This document shows, piece after piece, positions 17,067 through 26,488 of a stretch of DNA of 54,939 bases. The position numbers and the translations under genes were made by a program. The DNA comes from a virus, in the UHGV virus genome UHGV-0223582. One strand, given 5' to 3'. Positions within the stretch are counted from its first letter, which is position 1; every line of letters starts with the position of its first letter. A model generated the notes under the pieces. The model had not been told where the DNA came from, searched no databases, and worked only from the letters and a program-made list of their open reading frames with translations.

Positions 17067-17494
17067 GGCTGGGCCTCCTTTCCATCCCCAAGCGCCAAGT
17101 ATCCGCCTTGATAGAGCTGGTACAGCGTCCGGCCCTTCCCGTCTGTCAAATAAGGCAAAAACACCTCGTCGATCTGGACTTGCCCGGCCTCGATAATCGC
17201 CATCTGTGCCATAATCCAGTCCCGGACGTTGCGCCAGGCTGTGCGCTCGGCCTGCCCTGGAGTAGATTTAACTTTCTGTCGGGCGAATACCGCCCGAACA
17301 CCCTCCACATTGGCGGGGAGCGCGAACCCCCGTGGCCCGTCCTGTGTCTCAATGCCAAACATAACACAAATGGGATGCCCCGCCGCGTCATAGTCCACCA
17401 TGATCTTCCGTGCCCCATGGCTGGCAAGTGCCCCTTGGATTTCCGCTAAACTTTTACAGACATCAATGGTCGTTGTGTAGTTCTTAATCGCCAT
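17063..17494 (-). CDS. conserved hypothetical phage protein
   Basis: MAIKNYTTTI...QAERTAWRNVRDW...EVFLPY; start re-set to 17494. Confidence 0.7.
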   Translation of the reverse strand: MAIKNYTTTIDVCKSLAEIQGALASHGARKIMVDYDAAGHPICVMFGIETQDGPRGFALPANVEGVRAVFARQKVKSTPGQAERTAWRNVRDWIMAQMAIIEAGQVQIDEVFLPYLTDGKGRTLYQLYQGGYLALGDGKEAQP

Positions 17495-17780
17495 GCTCCA
17501 TCCCCTCCAGCATCTCCATCTCACTTTCGCTCAGAATCGGCGCGCGGGTGTTCCAGGCTCGGATAGCCCTTTTATGCCATCCATTTCCATCTTCAACGCT
17601 TTCGCATACAACGGCATGGCAAGTCATGCATTCGATTGTGGTCCCGTTTTCGTACCCACACGCCCAATCCTCTATGTGGGCTTGTCCACCACATCTCCAA
17701 CACGGCAGCAGCACACCCGCATCCGTCAGCCGCTTCGCCGCCTCTTGGTCACCCAGAAGGGCCTTTGTTTGATCGTCCAT
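17484..17780 (-). CDS. Lar-like restriction alleviation protein
   Basis: LLPCWRCGG...IECMTC...AIRAWNTR signature. Confidence 0.7.
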   Translation of the reverse strand: MDDQTKALLGDQEAAKRLTDAGVLLPCWRCGGQAHIEDWACGYENGTTIECMTCHAVVCESVEDGNGWHKRAIRAWNTRAPILSESEMEMLEGMEHGD

Positions 17781-17796
17781 CTTTCTTATTCTCCTC

Positions 17797-18027
17797 TCAC
17801 CAATACCGCGTCTTGCTCTTGAGGCCGTTCACATACTTCGCTTTTTTCCTGGCTTTGTTGAAATGGTCCGCATAGTACCGCTCATGGCGGGCAAGGGACG
17901 CTTGGATCTGCAGTTCATTCCTTTTCGTCAGCGCATCCCGCTCCAACCGGTATTCCGGGCATGCGCTATGACATCCCACCGAACGTTTTTCACAGCCTTT
18001 GCAGCAGTTGATTTTATCCATACTCAT
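17797..18027 (-). CDS. hypothetical Cys-rich protein
   Basis: CKGCEKRSVGCHSACPEY. Confidence 0.65.
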   Translation of the reverse strand: MSMDKINCCKGCEKRSVGCHSACPEYRLERDALTKRNELQIQASLARHERYYADHFNKARKKAKYVNGLKSKTRYW

Positions 18028-18054
18028 AATTCGATCTCCATCTGCATTTTCTCT

Positions 18055-18501
18055 TCAAACAGCGGAGCAAGCATCTGTTTTACCTATCTCCTGCTTTCCC
18101 GGCTCCGGCCTTGCAATGCAGCCAGACCCCTGGCTCTGCGCTGCCTTTCGTTTGGCTCTGCTGTATCGCAAATCTGCCCTTCTGGCTTCCGGATCCGCCC
18201 AATACCTGGCCTTTTGCCGCGCCTTTTCCTGCTCCCGGTGGGCTTCATAATACCGCCGGTTTTTCTCGGCGCTGCGGGCTGCGTCCCGCTTCCGCTTACG
18301 ATCACCAGCGCGCCCGTCAAACAGGTGCTTATAGCTGGCGGCCTTGCAACGCTCAGAGCAGTAGTAGGAAATCTTCGCGTGCCCATCCGCTTGTACCAGC
18401 CGCATGAAGGGAGAGGATGCCGTTGTAACGATGCCTCTTCCACAGGTAGCACAGGTGCGGTACAGTGTCAGCCGGTTTGGGGTGTCTCTTCTAACGCCCA
18501 T
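18055..18501 (-). CDS. hypothetical zinc-binding basic protein
   Basis: CATCG...YYCSERC, Arg/Lys-rich C-terminus. Confidence 0.55.
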   Translation of the reverse strand: MGVRRDTPNRLTLYRTCATCGRGIVTTASSPFMRLVQADGHAKISYYCSERCKAASYKHLFDGRAGDRKRKRDAARSAEKNRRYYEAHREQEKARQKARYWADPEARRADLRYSRAKRKAAQSQGSGCIARPEPGKQEIGKTDACSAV

Positions 18502-18673
18502 CTGCTCTTGTTCTCTCCTTCCGAACGGTACATTCTTTCCCAGGCGGGCAAAGCAAAGACCTTGCCATCCCGGTTTTTCCAATAAAATCGCAATAAACCA
18601 TGTTGGATTCGTGAATGATTCCGCAGTAAATGCAGCCAAGACACTCTTTATTTTTCAAGATCTTCCACCTCAC
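18491..18673 (-). CDS. hypothetical protein
   Basis: CLGCIYC...CDFIGKTG..R...CPPGKECT. Confidence 0.5.
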   Translation of the reverse strand: MRWKILKNKECLGCIYCGIIHESNMVYCDFIGKTGMARSLLCPPGKECTVRKERTRADGR

Positions 18674-19061
18674 GAATCAAAACATCCACATGAGGGGCAC
18701 CTTCGGTATTGATCTTTTTCACACTCAAAACACTCACCATAGAATCGTCCTTGTAGGCAAAACCATTCAAAGCATCCAGGATTGCCTTTGCGAGATTATC
18801 CGCATCCGGTTTCTTCGTGTGCTTCGTTCTGTCCATTGCAGAGCGCTTTTTCCGGGACAGGCTTCTTGGCAGAGGGAAAAAAGCTGTGATCTCCGCCTGC
18901 AGCGGGATGCCGGCGCCGAATCCTTCCCGGCTTTGTTCTGCCCAGCACAGACGAACTTTTTTCTCATACTCCCGCGTTTTGGATGGCGTGTAGGTTCCGT
19001 TCCTCGTCACCCGCGGCCTGCCCTTCCCTTCCGGGATCCCCGGAACCGTAAATTCAACCAT
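18648..19061 (-). CDS. rusA: RusA-family Holliday junction resolvase
   Basis: GKGRPR, KKPDADNLAKAILDALNG.AYKDD. Confidence 0.92.
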   Translation of the reverse strand: MVEFTVPGIPEGKGRPRVTRNGTYTPSKTREYEKKVRLCWAEQSREGFGAGIPLQAEITAFFPLPRSLSRKKRSAMDRTKHTKKPDADNLAKAILDALNGFAYKDDSMVSVLSVKKINTEGAPHVDVLIREVEDLEK

Positions 19062-19239
19062 TTTCCTTGCCCTCATACGCCGCATAAACCGTTTCTAACG
19101 CCTCGCGGACATCCGCATACTCCGCAGCGTGCCGCTTGGATCCCGTCGATGCACAGATCGTACTCAGAGATTCGTATCTCTTGATTTCCGCGCAGACCAG
19201 TTCTTTTACCCGCTCTCTTGTCATGTCATCATCTCCCAC
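19054..19239 (-). CDS. hypothetical protein
   Basis: 61 aa, coupled between helicase and rusA. Confidence 0.5.
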   Translation of the reverse strand: MGDDDMTRERVKELVCAEIKRYESLSTICASTGSKRHAAEYADVREALETVYAAYEGKENG

Positions 19240-20483
19240 GAATATTGTTTTGCCGGGCTTCTGCCCGCCTGATAAAGCCGCTTGGACGGCTCGTTATATT
19301 CCAGCCCAATCCGAGCCCTTGCACCGAATTCGCGGTTTTTCAAGATCGTCAGCAGGGAGGAATAGCCCGCCTCCCCTACTTTGTCCTCCGGGACGCGCTC
19401 GACCTTGAACACGTTGTCTGCGCGGTTCGTAATATCGCTGGATCCGCCAATATCGTCTGCCTCCAGCGGCTTATCCCCGGTCTTGCGGGGGTGCGCCACC
19501 AGATGCACATGCACGTCAAGGCGTTTTGCAAAGGCCACCAGCCGCCCGGTAAAGGACGATTGCGCCCGCCAGAACCCAAGCTGCGCCTCGTCTTTCAGCT
19601 CTGCGGTCATGATGTTGTCCACAAGGAACACATCGCATCCGTACCGGCGATAAGCGTACTCGAAGATCTTCATGATATTTGCCTCGTCGTGCGCATCTTT
19701 GCGCTGGATATCGGTCAGGAATAATCTCCCGTCCCACCATGCGTTGATCGCAGGGAGCACGGAGGGAGCAATGTCATAAAACACTCTTCCGCTCACAGCG
19801 TCTTCCCGGCGCTTCACATGCAGATATCCGGCCGCCTGCTGCAGCAGACCCATTTTGAAATCCTCTTTCGGGAGCTCTCCGGAATAGGCACATACCTTCC
19901 GCCCCTGATTCACCGCATCCAGCAGGATCTGGCCCAGCAATGTGCTTTTCCCTTCGCCCCGTTTCCCCGTCCAGACCGACAGAGCGCCCCCGCTGAATCC
20001 CCCAATGGCTTTGTCCAGCTCCGGGATCCCGGACACCACGCGCCTGGCGTTTTTCCGTTTCGTTGTATCCACATCGGCAAGGTTCAACAGGCCCTGCACC
20101 GGCAGCTCTTCGGCTTCCATCAGCAGATTGTCCATCGCCTTGAAACGCCCATTGTCCCACAGCTCTTTCAGCGTGGCGCAGCCCCGGAACGCCTTCGGCT
20201 TCGGGACCATAACCGGAGTAAAAAACCGGTTCTGCAGCTCCTCCGCGATCTCCTCCTGCTTCTGCCCAGGAGGGACGGCCAGCAGTATGTACGGGAACTG
20301 TTCCACCCATTCCTTCCACGGCTCCAGATCCGACCATTTTGCCAGAAGGGACAGGCACACCGCGTTCGTCCCAACCGCCTGCGCATCCTCCGCTGTGGCA
20401 CACCACCACAGGCCGGTGGATGCAGAAGGATCCATCATCTCCGGGCGGAATATCAGAGCGCCGTCAGAGTTTCCAGTAATCAT
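19221..20483 (-). CDS. SF4 (DnaB/T7 gp4-like) replicative helicase with degenerate N-terminal TOPRIM-like region
   Basis: SGIPELD, WTGKRGEGKST, FLVDNIM, LVAHPRK, GSSDITNRADNV, KNREFG. Confidence 0.88.
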   Translation of the reverse strand: MITGNSDGALIFRPEMMDPSASTGLWWCATAEDAQAVGTNAVCLSLLAKWSDLEPWKEWVEQFPYILLAVPPGQKQEEIAEELQNRFFTPVMVPKPKAFRGCATLKELWDNGRFKAMDNLLMEAEELPVQGLLNLADVDTTKRKNARRVVSGIPELDKAIGGFSGGALSVWTGKRGEGKSTLLGQILLDAVNQGRKVCAYSGELPKEDFKMGLLQQAAGYLHVKRREDAVSGRVFYDIAPSVLPAINAWWDGRLFLTDIQRKDAHDEANIMKIFEYAYRRYGCDVFLVDNIMTAELKDEAQLGFWRAQSSFTGRLVAFAKRLDVHVHLVAHPRKTGDKPLEADDIGGSSDITNRADNVFKVERVPEDKVGEAGYSSLLTILKNREFGARARIGLEYNEPSKRLYQAGRSPAKQYSWEMMT

Positions 20484-21168
20484 CGTCGCCCATGCCTTTC
20501 ATTTCTCCCTTGATCCGGTCAAAGAACAGCCCCTGATAGTTGCTGGCGATGCAGTCCAGAATGCAGTTCGCTGCTGCCTTATCTCCGTAAGCAGACGCCG
20601 CTTCCCGGATTTTGTTCTGCAGCGCTGCCAGCCCGCGGGGCTTATATTCTTGCTTCCGTTCGTGTTTATAAGCCAGCCATTCCTCAAACGCCGACTGAAG
20701 CACGGCGCTGAATCCGGTTTCTTCCTGCGTCGGGATAGGGGGCGTCTTTCTTTTTACCCCCGTAGGGGGTTTTTCTTTCTGGGGGGTTGTCTTCGTCTTA
20801 GTCTTATTATGGGGTACCATTTGCGACCCGTTTTCGACCCCACATTCGACCCCACATTCGACCCCAAAAACGGACCAGAAACACTGATCTAATTGTATGA
20901 GTTTGAACTGTGACGGGGTGCCTTTTTTCCCTTTGCGGTACTCGATGAAGCCGCCGGACACAAGCGCGTCCCTTGCCCGCCATAATGTATCTTTCTTTGC
21001 GACCTGTACCATGCCCATAAGCCGGAAGTTATCTACTGAGACCCACTCAGGCCACCCGCACACGTTGAATACATCAAGGAGTTTGAAGTACAGCAACTGT
21101 GCGGTGGGGGATAAGTGACCATGTTCGACACGCCGGTTGAACGCGTTCAGGTAGTCAATATAAGTCAA
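20464..21168 (-). CDS. replication initiator / replisome organizer
   Basis: MTYIDYLNAF..LSPTAQLLY wHTH N-terminus, internal GVEC repeats, C-terminal FEEWLAYK...YQGLF. Confidence 0.75.
   Translation of the reverse strand: MTYIDYLNAFNRRVEHGHLSPTAQLLYFKLLDVFNVCGWPEWVSVDNFRLMGMVQVAKKDTLWRARDALVSGGFIEYRKGKKGTPSQFKLIQLDQCFWSVFGVECGVECGVENGSQMVPHNKTKTKTTPQKEKPPTGVKRKTPPIPTQEETGFSAVLQSAFEEWLAYKHERKQEYKPRGLAALQNKIREAASAYGDKAAANCILDCIASNYQGLFFDRIKGEMKGMGDDDYWKL
20823..20870. repeat. 12-bp iteron-like repeats (candidate replication origin)
   Basis: four copies of (t/g)cgaccc at 12-bp period inside the initiator gene. Confidence 0.55.
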
Positions 21169-21191
21169 TTTCGCTCACTCACTTCCCGTTT

Positions 21192-21632
21192 TTAGAACGG
21201 AAGTTCTCCGTCTCCTGAATCATCCATAGGGATGAATCCGCTGCCTGTTTCACTGCCAGATACACTGTCGGAAACACTGCTGTTATGCAATCCGTTTTGG
21301 CCGGATTCTTCTCCGCGGTCGCCAAAATAAACGCTGCTTGCAATGACCTCTGCGGACACTCGTTTGTTTCCTTCCTTGTCCGTCCACTCGCGCATCTGCA
21401 GGCGGCCGTCCACAACTGCCATACGGCCCTTTGCAAAATATCGGCTGACGAACTCTGCCGTCGCGCGCCAGGCCACTACATCGACCCAGTCAATACTCCT
21501 CTGGCCTGTCTGCGTGTCCTTGAAATCCCGCTCCACTGCCAGCCGAAACGACGCCACCGGAACGCCGGCCTGTGTTCTGCGCAGCTCCGGGTCTTTCGCC
21601 AATCGGCCCATGATCGTAATATGATTCAGCAT
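21192..21632 (-). CDS. ssb: single-stranded DNA-binding protein
   Basis: MLNHITIMGRLAKDPELR... acidic tail DGELPF. Confidence 0.95.
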   Translation of the reverse strand: MLNHITIMGRLAKDPELRRTQAGVPVASFRLAVERDFKDTQTGQRSIDWVDVVAWRATAEFVSRYFAKGRMAVVDGRLQMREWTDKEGNKRVSAEVIASSVYFGDRGEESGQNGLHNSSVSDSVSGSETGSGFIPMDDSGDGELPF

Positions 21633-21959
21633 TCAAAGATAACTCCTTCCAAAAATCCGGATAAATTCATCGATATCCCATTTATATTTCTTCATAGCAG
21701 CCATCTGCGCCTCCCGTTGGAGCGGGACACGAAGGCTTGCCCCTTTATGTACTCCGTTCAGGTGACAGCGGTCATGGCATAGCAGAACCCATAACCCATA
21801 GCGCTTGCTTTTCGCCCTGTCAGGGCCGCCGAATACCTCGTGGCGGTCTAACTTATCCATCGATCCGTTGCGACCGCACAGGTGACAGCAGGAGCCTTCC
21901 TGAAGGATAGACTTGGCATAGCCATTGCCGTCCAGCTTCATGTTGTATTCATTGCGCAT
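21633..21959 (-). CDS. HNH-like/Ref-like recombination nuclease
   Basis: CHLCG...HEVFGG..R.KS..YGLWV.LCH..CH...VH. Confidence 0.65.
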   Translation of the reverse strand: MRNEYNMKLDGNGYAKSILQEGSCCHLCGRNGSMDKLDRHEVFGGPDRAKSKRYGLWVLLCHDRCHLNGVHKGASLRVPLQREAQMAAMKKYKWDIDEFIRIFGRSYL

Positions 21960-21960
21960 T

Positions 21961-22497
21961 TCACTTCCCCCATTCTTCTTTCAGCAGCGCGATCTTATCC
22001 GGCGGCATGGTTTCCACACCAACAGCCCTGCAGTCCTGGATGCAATTGTCGATCAGATGCGACATCTGCTGCTTGTCAAAATCGCTGCTTCCATAATAGG
22101 CCAACACTGTAACACAACCGGGGAGTTTGGATGCCCTCGTCTCCACCATGCGCCCAAGATGCCTGCTGCACCAGCGTTCCTTGAAGGATTCAAGCGCTCC
22201 TTTCTGCATACACAGCGTTTCGTAGTTTCCGATATCTTTGATATGGCTTCGGTAAATCGCTTCTGGTTTCTCATGAACAGCCTTTGACAGCTCCCCTACC
22301 AGACTCCAGTAAAGGCCGTTAGCATCCAGACTCCGTTTGTCTTTATGCGCCTTGATCTCCACATCGTAGACGATGCCGGGCTTGTCCTGCGCCATACAGA
22401 ACCGCCGGGCTGCAGCGGGGTCTGTCACTTTCAGGCACAGCCATACCGCGCCGTCCTCGCTGCTGATTTTTTCGTCGGTGACGGTTAGAATCATCAT
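21961..22497 (-). CDS. NinB/Orf-like recombination accessory protein
   Basis: KRSLDANGLYW...SSDFDKQQMSHLID; start re-set to 22497. Confidence 0.65.
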   Translation of the reverse strand: MMILTVTDEKISSEDGAVWLCLKVTDPAAARRFCMAQDKPGIVYDVEIKAHKDKRSLDANGLYWSLVGELSKAVHEKPEAIYRSHIKDIGNYETLCMQKGALESFKERWCSRHLGRMVETRASKLPGCVTVLAYYGSSDFDKQQMSHLIDNCIQDCRAVGVETMPPDKIALLKEEWGK

Positions 22498-23081
22498 TGC
22501 ACGCTCTCCGCTGCAAAAGCTTTCCGCTGGCAATCTGGGCAAAGAGCACGCCCGAAACGCCGCGCAGAGTATGCAGCAATGTCTTTTGCTGCCCACAGAC
22601 TTCCGTCTTTCTTTGCCGCGTTCCGGATCTCCACACCACAATCTTTACAGAGTGTGGGGGATGTCCTTTGCGGTTTCTGTGTAGCAGCGCCGGTGTTCGT
22701 TGCATCGCTGTCCTTCGTGTCATCAATGGCAAACAAGCCGTTGAGGGCATATTTCCGGGCGTAAGAGCTGGCTGCTCCGGACACCTGCGCAGCGTCCATT
22801 CCCTTTTTGCTGTCCTCTTCCCGTGCCTGAGAAGTCACGCTGATCTTCTCCCCGGTTTCCGCATCCATCAGCGTAGCGGTAGCAATGATGTAGTACCGCT
22901 CACCAACCAGCTCCACTCGGTCTGTAATCGTCAGAACAGCCTTAACCTTTCCTGCCAGCGGCTTCACCGCCTCTACGATGTCCTCGCAGCTGCGGTAGCT
23001 GTACTTGCCAAACGCATTGTACTGCCCTTTCGGCGCTTTTAGTTCCTGCTGAATGGACATCAGTTTTTCATAGACCGCCAT
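22494..23081 (-). CDS. erf: ERF-family single-strand annealing protein
   Basis: KAPKGQYN.FGKY.YRSCEDI...GAASSYARKYALNGLF.IDD.KD.D. Confidence 0.9.
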   Translation of the reverse strand: MAVYEKLMSIQQELKAPKGQYNAFGKYSYRSCEDIVEAVKPLAGKVKAVLTITDRVELVGERYYIIATATLMDAETGEKISVTSQAREEDSKKGMDAAQVSGAASSYARKYALNGLFAIDDTKDSDATNTGAATQKPQRTSPTLCKDCGVEIRNAAKKDGSLWAAKDIAAYSARRFGRALCPDCQRKAFAAESVQ

Positions 23082-23304
23082 TGTTTTCTTCCTCTCCGAT
23101 AAAATTCAGCGGGCAATGCTGGCCCACATAGTGTTCCGGGTACGCCACCAGCGCGCCATTGAGCGCACAGACACGGCTTTGCCTGCGTAGATACGGGCAT
23201 TGGGTGCAGCATATAGCTGCGTTCCCCTTATAATCTACCGGGAAAGATACGATGACCGTTGCCGAAGCTTTAATATAGCTGCGCACACCGCTTTCAAATT
23301 CCAT
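23068..23304 (-). CDS. hypothetical protein
   Basis: 78 aa, CTQCPY...C...CP. Confidence 0.6.
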   Translation of the reverse strand: MEFESGVRSYIKASATVIVSFPVDYKGNAAICCTQCPYLRRQSRVCALNGALVAYPEHYVGQHCPLNFIGEEENNGGL

Positions 23305-23306
23305 TG

Positions 23307-23513
23307 TTACACCTCATCAAAATACAGGATTTCCTCAAAGTCCGTATCCCCGCAGCGCGGGCATACCGCCCAGCGCTCACCCGGAGCCGATGCATCGCCG
23401 TGGTATTCTATGTAATATTCCGGGGCGTCAAATTCTTCCCCACACTCATTGCAGCGGAACATTCTGCTCTTCCCCTTCCCTGGACTCGCTGTACTCTGCC
23501 AGGTGCCGATCAC
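23307..23513 (-). CDS. small zinc-ribbon protein
   Basis: CNECGEEF...CPRCG; real start likely at internal MFRC. Confidence 0.55.
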   Translation of the reverse strand: MIGTWQSTASPGKGKSRMFRCNECGEEFDAPEYYIEYHGDASAPGERWAVCPRCGDTDFEEILYFDEV

Positions 23514-23667
23514 TTAACAGAACCTCCAGAATTTCCAGTTTGTCATACGCCGTCAGATGGCCTGCATTGATCACAGAAACTGCCGCTTCCCGATAGATTT
23601 TACTTTTTCGCATGGTTCTCTTCCCCTTTCTCTGAAATGGAATTACTTCTTTGTGAGTTCTTTCCAT
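23446..23667 (-). CDS. hypothetical protein
   Basis: 73 aa, coupled to neighbours. Confidence 0.45.
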   Translation of the reverse strand: MERTHKEVIPFQRKGKRTMRKSKIYREAAVSVINAGHLTAYDKLEILEVLLSDRHLAEYSESREGEEQNVPLQ

Positions 23668-24530
23668 ACGGCTTCATTAAATTCAGGGAGTGCTTTGATA
23701 TAGCCAAGCATATTTGGAGGCATTTTACTCCAAGCTATATCATTATCAACATATTGCAGTTGAGGGAAGCAAAACGCCCACCATTCTTTATTCCCTTTGA
23801 TTCCATACCAGTTTGAAAATTCTGGTATCCAATTAAATTCTCTGATTTTACACAAAACTTCTTCTACGCGATATTTACTTGACTTCTTATTAAAAATATA
23901 GTGAGAAATTCCATCTTTATTTGAACAAAACAAAGAACGAAAAACCCCTCTGCAATTTCGAATTCCATAGCTGCCTCTGACTGCGGCGCTGTCGCTGACT
24001 GCGGCGCTGTCGCTGACTGCGTTGCTGTCGCTGACTGCGTTGCTGTCGCTGACTGCGATGCTGTCGCTGACTGCGATGCTGTGGCTAACTGCGATGCTGT
24101 TGCTGACTGCGGCGCTGCCTCTGACTGCGGTGCTGTCGCTGGCTGCGGTGCTGGAACGATCAAACTGTTTTATCAGATTTATAAATTGCATGAGATCATA
24201 TTCTTCAACAAACTCGATGCATTGTGCAACCGTTTTTAATCCATCCGGCGTATCGACAATATTTTCATATGCTGCAACCTTAAAATAGCGATTATAGCCT
24301 AACGGTTCATAAAAGTTAAAAACGTTAGCAGGATCTTTCGAAAAATGAAGACCCCAACTGCAAGCATTTACATCTCCATCTACACGGAATATTTTACCTT
24401 CAAGTTTTTCCCCTGTTTCTCCATATCGAAACCTCTGCTTCGTTCCGCTGTCCCATTTGACTGCTTTATATCCGTAACACAGCGGTTCTGCGCCGTTCAG
24501 TTCCTTGCGCTGAATCTCAATTGTTTCCAT
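23643..24530 (-). CDS. hexapeptide-repeat-containing phage protein
   Basis: GYKA...C.WGLHF N-domain, ten AVSDSx repeats, C-terminal LPEFNEAVWKELT. Confidence 0.75.
   Translation of the reverse strand: METIEIQRKELNGAEPLCYGYKAVKWDSGTKQRFRYGETGEKLEGKIFRVDGDVNACSWGLHFSKDPANVFNFYEPLGYNRYFKVAAYENIVDTPDGLKTVAQCIEFVEEYDLMQFINLIKQFDRSSTAASDSTAVRGSAAVSNSIAVSHSIAVSDSIAVSDSNAVSDSNAVSDSAAVSDSAAVRGSYGIRNCRGVFRSLFCSNKDGISHYIFNKKSSKYRVEEVLCKIREFNWIPEFSNWYGIKGNKEWWAFCFPQLQYVDNDIAWSKMPPNMLGYIKALPEFNEAVWKELTKK
23970..24149. repeat. 10 x 18-bp tandem repeat (consensus gctgtcgctgactgcgNN)
   Basis: read directly; in frame within 23643..24530. Confidence 0.9.
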
Positions 24531-24744
24531 CTTCCCACTCCTTATAAAGATCTGCCAAAGCCGCGCGCTGCGCGTTTTCCGCTCCGATCTCCTGCAAATA
24601 CTCCTCTGCCGTAGGCTGGGAGCTTTCCGCTGCAGCCTGAACCATCGTAGAGGCTGCAGCCGCTGTTACGATCAGGCAGGCCGCCAGCATGATCCAGAAA
24701 CGCAGCCTTCCCGCGCGCCGGCGTTTTCGTTCTTCCCGTGTCAT
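24517..24744 (-). CDS. small membrane protein
   Basis: MTREERKRRR + one hydrophobic helix. Confidence 0.6.
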   Translation of the reverse strand: MTREERKRRRAGRLRFWIMLAACLIVTAAAASTMVQAAAESSQPTAEEYLQEIGAENAQRAALADLYKEWEDGNN

Positions 24745-24950
24745 GTGAAAGCCGCCTCCTTTTCTGCAATCCATCGATCCAGCTGATTCCGATAGATGTA
24801 ACACCACTTGACTTTCCCGCCAGACATAACACAATCCCCAAAAGGGAATACTCCCTGCTGGATCCCGTCCCGGACAGTTTCCGGGGAAATTCGTAGCCCA
24901 ACATTTCGGAGAATTTCTGTCGCCTCAACTGCATTCAGTGTTTCGATCAT
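24741..24950 (-). CDS. excisionase-like HTH DNA-binding protein
   Basis: LNAVEATEIL...ISPETVRDGIQQG.FPFG...YIYR.QLD.W. Confidence 0.6.
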   Translation of the reverse strand: MIETLNAVEATEILRNVGLRISPETVRDGIQQGVFPFGDCVMSGGKVKWCYIYRNQLDRWIAEKEAAFT

Positions 24951-25107
24951 TGTTCCCGCCATCCTTTCCAAGAGTTTTTACAAGCTCGTCCCATGTCATG
25001 CCGTAGTAGGCCCGGCAAAGGTCGTCCATGACGCGCCGGGCGTTGTTGAAGCGGTTCTCAATCTCCCGCTTCGTGCTGCTCTCGTTGAGCTGCCCATCTT
25101 TGGTCAT
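24925..25107 (-). CDS. hypothetical protein
   Basis: 60 aa, AGGAGG RBS. Confidence 0.6.
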   Translation of the reverse strand: MTKDGQLNESSTKREIENRFNNARRVMDDLCRAYYGMTWDELVKTLGKDGGNNDRNTECS

Positions 25108-25283
25108 AAAAAATCCTCCTTTTCTTGCCAGAGGCCGGAGGATGTGATATACTGTCTCCGATACCTCGTAGCGCGTTTACGTGGTGTCATGGGCCGTTCT
25201 CTGCTGCTATCAGAGGCGGCCCAATTTTTGTTGTGCGCCCCCTCCCGTCGTGGTATACTGGGCGAAAAAAGGAGGCGTTAGAA

Positions 25284-25664
25284 ATGAAACTAAATCCTGA
25301 TTGTATTCGAGATATTCTTTTGGCCGTAGAAGCCATATGCGATACTGGGCACTACTTTGATTCCAGAATAGATTTAGAGAAAATACCCGGAAATCACGAT
25401 ACCGAGGAACTTGCGTACCACGCCCGCCAATGTGATATGGCTGGTATGTTTTACAAATTCAAACGTGGTATTGATGGCGGCTGGGAAGTTGTAGACTTAA
25501 CCCCAAAAGGCCATGAATTCCTTTCCAACATTCGGGAAGATACCATTTGGAACAATGTAAAAACCGTATCATCTAAGGTTGGTTCAAAATCACTGAGCGC
25601 CATTTCTCAAATAGCGTCAGCCATTGTCACGGAAATCATAAAAGCTCAACTTGGACTTCGTTAG
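25284..25664 (+). CDS. DUF2513-family protein
   Basis: MKLNPDCIRDILL...LTPKGHEFLSNIR..TIW. Confidence 0.8.
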   Translation: MKLNPDCIRDILLAVEAICDTGHYFDSRIDLEKIPGNHDTEELAYHARQCDMAGMFYKFKRGIDGGWEVVDLTPKGHEFLSNIREDTIWNNVKTVSSKVGSKSLSAISQIASAIVTEIIKAQLGLR

Positions 25665-25803
25665 TCACCTTCCCGGAGAACTCTAGCGTTATGGGGCCAT
25701 CCTGCGTTTTTTCAATTTTTACGCTGTATAAATTCTGTATTTCCACGCCGTCAATTTCCAGCTTTGTGTTATGCCCATCGTTTCTTAAAACCACTCTTTT
25801 CAT
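25636..25803 (-). CDS. small hypothetical protein
   Basis: 55 aa MKRVVLRNDGHNTKLEIDGVEI..., AAGGGG RBS. Confidence 0.4.
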   Translation of the reverse strand: MKRVVLRNDGHNTKLEIDGVEIQNLYSVKIEKTQDGPITLEFSGKVTNEVQVELL

Positions 25804-26107
25804 CGCTTTCCCCCTTCCCTCCCGCCACGTCAGGGGCGGGTTTCTTTTTCTTCGTTTTTTGTGCCTTTTTGTATCAGCCAGCCGGAAAAGCCGCCGAGCA
25901 AACGCTGTTGGCGATCAGCATTTGTATAGAGGCTTTTGAATTGAGTGTGATGAAGAGTGGAGATATGTTATGTGTTCTCGGCGGCTCTTCTAGCTGGCTG
26001 ATGTTTTCTATGAATTTTTATTCTGTAGCATCTCTTCCAATGGTCGCCTCCTCTGTTTTTTTCCAAAATCTGATATGCTATACTGGCTGGGAAGGGAGGT
26101 GAACATT

Positions 26108-26488
26108 GTGGTAGATAAAAAGACTTACAAAGTTCTAAAGTTGCTTTACAAGAAAAAACGCTGTACGTTCAAGGACATCCAAGAAATCACATCTCTAAAC
26201 GAATCAAAAAGCCCAAGCAAATATATTTCAGAGCTTTACAAGAACCGCTTTATAGAGTATTGGATAAGCGACGAACTTATTGAAATAAATGGTATAAAAG
26301 ACAATAAACAACTTGGTTATTCTATTTCTCTGGCCGGAGAAGCTTATGTAGAGCAAAGAAGACGTGAATCCAGAAACTTTTGGGTTCCTTATGTGATTAC
26401 GACATTCATCGCGGCATTAAGCCTGATTGCATCGCTTGCTGATAACTGGGGCACGATTCTATCTTGGTTTGGCTATACACCGGGGTAA
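26108..26488 (+). CDS. winged-helix protein with C-terminal transmembrane helix
   Basis: YSISLAGEAYVEQ..R...FWVPYVITTFIAALSLI; low-GC moron-like gene. Confidence 0.65.
   Translation: MVDKKTYKVLKLLYKKKRCTFKDIQEITSLNESKSPSKYISELYKNRFIEYWISDELIEINGIKDNKQLGYSISLAGEAYVEQRRRESRNFWVPYVITTFIAALSLIASLADNWGTILSWFGYTPG

Noticed and set aside
23970..24149. CRISPR or mini-array
   Set aside because: Contiguous in-frame 18-bp units with no spacers; no cas genes
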